The translations under genes and the position numbers were made by a program. The notes beneath the pieces were generated by a model. That model was given only the letters and a program-made list of their open reading frames with translations, had not been told where the DNA came from and did not search any database. DNA of 64,000 nt, from assembly GCA_951406725.2 (NCBI GenBank), contig OX597822.1:56854001-56918000 (forward strand), in the 5' to 3' direction. Below, in pieces: positions 55,811 through 64,000 of this stretch (the stretch's first letter is position 1; each line of letters begins with the position of its first letter). The stretch comes from Octopus vulgaris. Lineage: Eukaryota.

Positions 55811-56996
55811 ATGTTTCTTTATTAGCCACACAGGGCTGCACACAGATAGAACAAATTACAAGGTAGAGCTTTTCTTTCGAAGGTTTAAAAAATAAAAAAA
55901 AAAAAAGGAAGGGGGAGTTTCGATCAAAAGGGATCGTAAAAGGAGAGAAAGAGGACAAAAAAAGGGGGTTAAAAAAAAAGGGGGAGAGGAAAAAAAAAAT
56001 TTGATCAATAGGGATCGTTATCACAGAAATGTCAATATGAAGTGTAAAGGGGAGGACAGGTGAGGTTTACCCGTGGAAAGAAAAGCCTACGGAAAAGACC
56101 ACGGTAACCTCGGTCAATGGAGTCACATGTTATATTTCTCTGTTTTCAAGTTCTGGGTTCATATGATCATGCTCAAGGTGGCTTCGTTATTCATACGTGC
56201 CATTCTTGCTACATTCACCCATCTTTTTTTAAAACATTCGCTAGACAAAACTTGCCTCTCTACTCTCACTTTCCTTTTCAAGTGGTACTTGAAGAAGTTG
56301 ATGAGAGATTGACCAGAGAGGAAAGTGTTTGTCTCCAATCCTTTCAGACGCGTCCACCAGATACATTCTTTCGCCATAGCCACAAGGATGATGAAAATAG
56401 CTCTTCCTTCCCGTTTGAAGGAGGGAGGCGTGACAATATTAACGATAGACTCAGCTGATAAACCGACTCGTCCCACACGTGACAGCAGTTGTTCGACACA
56501 AGCCCACAGGTCGGAAATTGTTGGACACTGCACGAGTGCGTGCAGAACGGTTTCGTCGCTCTGACCGCATCTCGGGCAGGTCGGCCCCGTGTTTCTCGAG
56601 CCGCGTCTGTAGAGCTTATCCCGAACGGGTAGCGCTTCTCGGTAGCACTGCCAGGCCAGGGATCTCTGGAAGTTGTCCATGGGCCCTGGCCCGAAAGTCG
56701 TCCTGAACAGGCGGGTCAGGTACTCCTTGTCGACGTCCAGGTTCGCCCCGAGCTCGTCGTCGTACCTCCCCTCCACTAAACCCCTATAGAATGCTTCGGT
56801 TGTGTTGAAGTCACTCAAGGTCGACCCAGGACGGCAGAGTTGCTTGAGAGCAACGCGACACTCGCGGTGCCATTCGTCCTTCTTCGGCCTCTTTTTGATC
56901 CACGACTGCAGTTCGGTCATGGAGACGAGCTGCGGGAAAGTGTGCCTCACAAACGGCGACCACACCTGTTCACCGTCGTCTACATAGAGCCAGAGA
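55811..56996 (-). mobile_element. 5'-truncated Tx1/L1-clade LINE between (GATA)n arrays
   Basis: Open ORF2 C-terminus, pyrimidine-rich 3' UTR ending GGCTAATAAAGAAACAT; both flanks start TGAGACAGAC then (ATAG)n. Confidence 0.88.
56159..56965 (-). CDS. Tx1/L1 ORF2 C-terminal zinc-binding region
   Basis: LAWQCYREALPV...CPRCGQSDETVLHALVQC (CX2CX8HX4C), K..IW..R motif. Confidence 0.88.
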   Translation of the reverse strand: MWSPFVRHTFPQLVSMTELQSWIKKRPKKDEWHRECRVALKQLCRPGSTLSDFNTTEAFYRGLVEGRYDDELGANLDVDKEYLTRLFRTTFGPGPMDNFQRSLAWQCYREALPVRDKLYRRGSRNTGPTCPRCGQSDETVLHALVQCPTISDLWACVEQLLSRVGRVGLSAESIVNIVTPPSFKREGRAIFIILVAMAKECIWWTRLKGLETNTFLSGQSLINFFKYHLKRKVRVERQVLSSECFKKRWVNVARMARMNNEATLSMII

Positions 56997-57006
56997 TGAG
57001 ACAGAC

Positions 57007-57141
<135 letters not shown>

Positions 57142-57517
57142 CATGCCCATATGCCAGAAAGGAAACGCAAGTAAAAGAGTGGATATATTTTTATATCATC
57201 CTGAAATGAGTTAATGACTATGGCATCAAAAGTGTCAGAAGGTTATTGACAGTTTCGTTTCGAATATTGCCAAGTGGCAAAACACAGCGTGAAAACGAAG
57301 GTAATACTCTGACCGGTTATATGCCACAATCACAATCAGTACAGCATTGCTTGACGATATGTGTGTGGTCTGTGTGAGTGTAGATATATATGCAAATACA
57401 CATACACACACACATATATAGACTGAACCCCACAATAGAAATGAATAATTTTGTTTCATTTATACATACATACATAAATATGCATATATATATATATGTA
57501 TATATACATACATACAT

Positions 57518-57565
<48 letters not shown>

Positions 57566-57803
57566 ACATATATAAGAGACCTCAATATTATGTAAATAGA
57601 GGAAATTTATTTGTAAAATAATATGTGACAATTATTCAATAGCCAAGAAATCCTCCTTCTTTTCTTTCCTGAGCGTCCAATAACACTATACTTGTTCCAC
57701 GTCCATGCGCTGTTTGTTCATGTTTGGATTAACTATATATATAGATATATATATAGATATATATATACATATATACACATGTACACACATACATATATAT
57801 ACG

Positions 57804-57837
<34 letters not shown>

Positions 57838-57870
57838 TACAGAAACACACACACACATATATATATATAC

Positions 57871-58478
57871 ATATGAGGGGGATGACCACTTATTGGACAT
57901 CAATTATGCTAGAGGTAGACCCCATATGCTCTGACCACTTAGAAAAAATTGTTCTCAAGAAAATTCAGCAAACGCCAGAACGTAAGCGAGCAAGACAAAT
58001 GAAAAGATATAAGTATAAAGATTAATCACAAACCCGGTTTCATTGTTACCACTTACGTAATACTTACGTCAATGTTGGCAATTTAATAGTGTGATCATCA
58101 TACCAAAATATAGTTGCAGAACTATACACGGACGATCTGAGTATAGTTCTGCAAATTATATTTTGCTATGACGATCACATTGATTAATTGCCAACATTTA
58201 TGTAAATAATACTTACGTGGTTACAATGAAACCGGGTTTGTGATTAATCATTATATTTTGTATCTTTTCATTTGTCTTGCTCGCTTACGTTCTGGAGTTT
58301 TGCTGAATTTTTTTGAGAACAATCTTTTCTTAGTAGTCAGACCATATGGGATCTACCACTAACATAATGGATGACCACTTAGTGGTCATCCCTCTTATAT
58401 GCATGTGATATAATTTTTCTGAATCTTCAGATTTTTCAATATGCTAGGCCACTGGTTTTAAATTGATATTAATCAAAT
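57871..58478. mobile_element. ~530-bp diverged fold-back element plus tail, microsatellite-flanked
   Basis: 57871-58127 is the reverse complement of 58141-58401; ATGACGA...CATTG/CAAT...GAAACCGG hammerhead-like remnant. Confidence 0.8.
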
Positions 58479-58480
58479 TA

Positions 58481-58519
<39 letters not shown>

Positions 58520-58580
58520 AACATATATATCTATGCATACATATTCGTACATACATATACAGTCCGACATACATATATAT

Positions 58581-58648
<68 letters not shown>

Positions 58649-58685
58649 ACGTAATATCTGTTTCTTTGCAGATATCATCAGAAAA

Positions 58686-59540
58686 GGGTAATTAAAATTC
58701 ATTAAAATGAAGATCTATCGAACTTTCAAAGTGGTCAAATTGATGGTGTTTGTATGGCTGGCGCTAGTGTAACGAAAACAGCCGAAATGTTTGGTTTATC
58801 AAGAAGTACATGTCGAAAGTAATGACAATATTTGAGAAACAGGGAAAAACGTCCCCATTGAAACAAAACTCCGGAAGAAAATCAAAACTTTCAGATAGAA
58901 AGCGTCGGATTCTTATTCGAATTGTGAGAAAGGATCACAAAAGTACAGCTCCCAAAATTACTGCAGAGGTTATTGACAACCTCAAAATCCCTGTTTCCAC
59001 AAAAACTGTTCGCCGGTAGCTACACAGAGCCGGATTTCACGAAGGGCTGCAATCAGAAAACCACTACTTTCAAAAACAAACATTGCAAATCATTTAGAGT
59101 GGAGGAAAACCTACAGAATTGGTTCTTAGATTAGTGGAAGAAGGTTATTTTCTCGGATGCGTCATCCTCTACCTTTGTTCCGACCATCGACCGAGTATAC
59201 ATGTAGCGACAGCCAAAAGAATCATTTGACCCAGACTGCCTTGTTCCAACTGTTAAACATTGAGGAGGGTCTGTGATGAACTGGAGGCCTATATCTGGGA
59301 AATCTGCCGGCTCATAGATCTCAATATTATTAGAAAAGCAAGTAAAGAGTAGATATCCTCCCCCTTTATCACTACAAGAACTGGAGACTATTTTAGCTGA
59401 AGAATGGACAAAAATTCGTTAGGCAATAATTCAAAGTTTGTTGAATTCAAGCTGTAATTACTGTCGAAGATGGTCCTACCCCGTATTAAAATAAATTTGT
59501 TTGAAATTTTAAGGAGTTTCCATTATTTTGTCCAATCCTG
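58686..59540 (+). mobile_element. Tc1-family transposon, decayed
   Basis: Homologous to 36353-36920; KVIFSD, TVKH*GGSVM.W; 3' TIR ...TTCCATTATTTTGTCCAATCCTG-TA. Confidence 0.88.
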
Positions 59541-59602
<62 letters not shown>

Positions 59603-60277
59603 CGTGCGTGTGTGTATACATACATAATACATACACATACGTACATACACACGTACTGACATACATACATAATACATACATACATACATACATACATACA
59701 TACATACATACATACATACATACATACATACATACATACATGTACCCAGATCTGTAATATGGAGTACCGGAAGAGAATCATTCCATTGTAAATCCAAAAT
59801 TTCCAAGTTCTCAATATTCTAACATGCAAATAATCGATATTCGAGATGCTGACCGTTTTTGTAGTTCACTCACATGAGGAAATATATAAGAAATATATAT
59901 TTGAAGAATGAATACACAAATATATAATTGCATAATTACTTAACAGACTAACAATGCCAAACACCGAGCTTATGAATACACTGGTGCACGGTGGAATTGT
60001 TTATATACATATACCAATCAAATACGATTGCCAGCAGCCGAAATGTTGTATGGTGATATTTGTTTCTCTCTGAAATCCTTTTTCTCTCTCCCACCCTTCT
60101 TTCTCTCTCTCTCTCTCTCTCTCCCTCTTTCTCTCACTCTCTCTCCCTCTTTCTCTCTCTCTTTCTCAATTGGATTTAATTCAAATTTTTTTAGTATGTT
60201 TAGTTTGTTCAGTTGCTTAGAATTTACTATTACAATGTTTGCTACATTTTGCATGTGTTTATATTTTTTTCATGCAC

Positions 60278-60502
60278 TTGTTTCAGTCATTTTTGACTGC
60301 GGCCATGCTGGGGCGCCGCATTGATGAATTTTTAGTCGAATGAATCGGCACCTGTATTACATTATTTTTTTTTTTAATTATTTTAAGTCTGGTTCTTATT
60401 TTGTGTTTCTATTGCTGAATCGCGAGAATATAAACGCAACAACACCGGTTTTCAAGCGAGTGGGGGACAAACACACACACACACACACACACACGGCGCG
60501 CG

Positions 60503-60590
<88 letters not shown>

Positions 60591-60732
60591 TCTTTGTGTG
60601 TGGTAATAGGCTTGCTTCCCAACCATATGTTTCTGTGTTAAATCCCACTGCGTGGCATCTTCGGCAAGTGTCTTCTACTATAGCCTTGTGGGTATATTTG
60701 ATAGACAGAAACTCGAAGAATCCCGTCGTGTA

Positions 60733-60784
<52 letters not shown>

Positions 60785-61175
60785 CATATATATATATACG
60801 TGTGTGTATTTGTGTGTCTGTGTTTGTCCCCCCGACATCGCTTGACAACCGATGCTGTATGTTTATGTCCCCGTAACATAGCGGTTCAGCAACAGAGACC
60901 CATTGAATAAGTACTAGGCTTACAAAGAATAAGTTCTGGGATCGATTTCTTCGACTAACACCCTTTAAGGCGGTGCTCCAGCATGACCGCAGTCAAATGA
61001 CTGAAAGAAGTAAAAGAATAAAAGAATATAGGACGGGCTTCTTTCAGTTCTCATCTACCAAATCCACTCACCAGGCTTTGGAAGATACTTTCTCAAAGTG
61101 CCATCTAGTGGGTCTAAACCCAGAACCATGCAGTTGGGAAGCAAGCTTCATACCACACATCCACACCTGTGCCTA
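60278..61175. mobile_element. Nested family A SINEs: a + copy (60595-61025) inside a - copy (60278-60470 and 61030-61175)
   Basis: Tail and head halves of a minus copy flank a complete plus copy inserted in the internal microsatellite. Confidence 0.75.
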
Positions 61176-61546
61176 TATCCAAAAGGGTTATTTGGTGATC
61201 ACATTTTATTAAGACTAATTTTCTTTGTAGAAAATTGATAGAGCTTACTGAATCAATTGAAATTTTAAAATTATTTTCCTATGTTAGTGTCATCATCCTT
61301 TATATACCTGAAAAGTTCCACGAAAGATATAATGTGATATATAAGAAAAACAACATATTTCTCTACAACGAACTAACCGCTGTTTTCCTACAAGACTTAC
61401 TGAAACCAGCAAATTTATTAACCTCATTAGATTAAAACTTCATATTAGAAGAAATTCTGAACTATTCTACAAAGTCTGATATCACCAAAGAAAATTTTGA
61501 AACATTCGCGACTCTGGTGAGTATAGTATTAATTTGTTAGTCGTTT

Positions 61547-63280
61547 ACAAATATGGATGTATAAACGCCCTCGCGTAAGCTGCATAGCGCGAGTACACTC
61601 GCTCATACAAGCACACACAAACATGTCGTTCAAATTTTCTCAACTGATAAAAAAAAAAACAAGTAAACCTATCAGTAACGTACCAATAATGACTACTGGA
61701 AACAGCTATAAGCCAAACTAACGCTAATAAAAGAAAAATATGTAATGACCGTAATTTATACCTTGTCTGTGTGTGTGTACGTCTGTCTGTGTGTCTGTGT
61801 GTGTGCGCGTGTGTGTCTGTGTGTGTGTGTGCGTGTGTTTGTGTGTATCAATACTACAAACTTGGTATTCTACTTAACAACTTCAACAATCGTATAAACA
61901 TGTATTTTCATATCTCCTTCAAGATAAACAATAGCTACCTCGAGAAAGACCAAAAATGGTATACTTAGGTTATACTTAATTCTTATTGACAATTCACAGA
62001 ACGTTTGATACTTATGTAGTTCGAAATCCAATATGTAATGCTATTGTAATTCAAATGCCTACCTGATGCTTAGTATGATCGATAATAAAGCTTTCGACCG
62101 GAGTTATTTGCAATGGGTTTGTTACATAGTGAATAGTTTAGAATATACAAAGTATAAGCATTCTATAACTAAGCAATCCACGTCATCCAATATGGTTAAT
62201 ATAGACTGGCAATCTATTATATAAAATCCGTTCTTTCTGTCTGTGTGTGTATCTTCTAGGATCTCGGGCATCCTCCATCCGATTGCGCTCAAATTTGATA
62301 TGTAGATACCGACGGTATCAGAGCGTGTATAAGTCTTGAAAAAATTACAAAAATCGATTCCAGGTAAGAATGTGATCGATAAAGCCGTGGGAACGTGCAT
62401 TTGTACGCGCAAATACATCAACTGTTGGGATCGATACTACGTGTACGCGAGAAAAATGCACGTACAGTTTGAAATAATGCCACAAAATGCAGTATATTTA
62501 AGAGACCCAAAAAGTAAGATGCAAAAGAGATATTTTCTTCAAACTTGGCATGAAGGAAGGAAAAACTATTTGGTTTCTCAAGAAGTTTTTGCTTTTGATT
62601 TAACTTCGTTTAACAAAATCAAAGATTTTATTTAAATAAAGGCATGCTTAATTATTTTTTAATAAAAAGAAAACACTAATTGCTTTTTATTTAGCAGATA
62701 TGATTCAGCACCATCCATTGGACTCGGGGGGGGGGCGTATATAAGAAGAATGAATGTAAAAATACATTACGCAGAATATATTGTAGACAATTCAAAATTA
62801 TCCATGAATATATCAGAGGCCAGAACATACAATCAAAAATTTATTTCATGTTAAGCTCCACTCTTCTTATATAGCAAATAAAAGATGGAAGATGGAATAT
62901 ACGAGAATTTATTATTAATGACAATTGTTTCGACGCATCTAGTATCGATTCCTCACAGGTGGGACACTCAACAACTAATTCGGGAGCATCCGGTGGAGCA
63001 GATGTATCTCGTCGGGTGATAAATGAATAAAACTCCTTAAAATAACTGTTCCGCAATGTAACTTCCCGTTTTGTAGAAAGAAAAGCAGCCAGGCGGATGA
63101 AATATATTCATTTATATAGAAGATCAAAAATAAAATCACAGATGACAAAAACAGAACGAACATACAATCCAGCGAGAAAAGTATTAAAAATAACCATTAA
63201 CAAATATGGATGTATAAACGCCCTCGCGTAAGCTGCATAGCGCGAGTACACTCGCTCATACAAGCACACGCAAACATGTC
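61547..63280 (+). repeat. 81-bp direct repeat pair (61547-61627 and 63200-63280)
   Basis: ACAAATATGGATGTATAAACGCCCTCGCGTAAGCTGCATAGCGCGAGTACACTCGCTCATACAAGCACAC.CAAACATGTC, one mismatch. Confidence 0.9.
62212..62400 (+). mobile_element. Possible non-autonomous Helitron-like 5' end
   Basis: A|TCTATTATATAAAA start, CTGTCTGTGTG, CCGATT...AAATTTG motifs typical of invertebrate Helitron derivatives. Confidence 0.45.
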
Positions 63281-64000
63281 AGCATACGCACACGTGAGTT
63301 TTGGTGCAGTCATGGTCACAAAGAGAGTTAGCTATCTACTTGGTGTTTGTAAGAATGGGGAGGTTAAAAGTAAACTTAAATCATCCATACCTTTAAGAAT
63401 ATTATATTATCTTAACAGTTACTCAAAATTCATTCCCACCGCATTGTGCGAAAGTACATTTATAGGCGTGTAGGAATCTCGAGAGTCATTCAGAAATTCT
63501 ATTAATGATCTTCTCATTAGTGCACAGAATAGAAAGGAATTCCTCAGAGCAGAGACGGAATTTCCTAGAAATTGTATTGTATGGTTACGCGTACCTTACT
63601 ATGGACCAGTTTATGCTGTACTTCATTTTATCCTCCTTCAGTCGCCATACAAAATCTGCCAAATATGTTAAATGTCTCTTACCGATTGTCTTAGAGCAGG
63701 CAACAGGGTTACGATAGTCATTTTTAAATAAATCAGCTGTCTGCCCAATGTAAACATACGGCCCTCCACTTGTGTGTCTCGGATCGACACTATTTATAAT
63801 CGAAGACCTTTCAGCGTGACCAACTATTTTTTATTCAGATAAAATGTATGCATGACTCTGTAATCAAATGTATCCTCCCTTTCTTAAAATAGTAGGATGT
63901 AATTTGAGGAAAATTTAGGTGTTTTAGCACCGTGAATTTCTGCGTAGATGATATCTATTGAACCCTGTATGTTACTGTGTGAAACATCCAGTAAATCTCT

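Noticed and set aside
61231-61517. Segment bounded by TTTCTTTGTAG and GTGAGT
   Set aside because: Stops in all three frames, so there is no support for a coding exon

Overview
AT-rich, microsatellite-dense eukaryotic (animal) DNA with no host gene exon I can support, so it is intergenic or intronic. The SINE families and repeat landscape resemble Octopus/cephalopod genomes (inference). The window is a mosaic of mobile elements: a near-full-length decayed RTE LINE, four CR1-group LINE segments, a Tx1/L1-clade 3' fragment, an ORF1-only (HAL1-like) element, Tc1/mariner remnants, many tRNA-derived SINEs, and about seven Penelope-like (PLE, GIY-YIG) segments. The most striking signal is a recurring architecture: (TA)n-flanked, often fold-back (inverted-duplicated) elements carrying minimal type I hammerhead ribozyme motifs. 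Examples are a 5.2-kb near-perfect palindrome encoding two identical GIY-YIG proteins, a 464-bp circularly permuted retrozyme-like unit, and a tRNA-headed SINE-like element with a hammerhead in its tail. A second pattern is a Tx1-like LINE and an ORF1-only element with similar 3' ends, the same TCTATC/(GATA)n insertion context and long target duplications. All motifs were read by eye; boundaries are approximate and no searches or folding programs were run.
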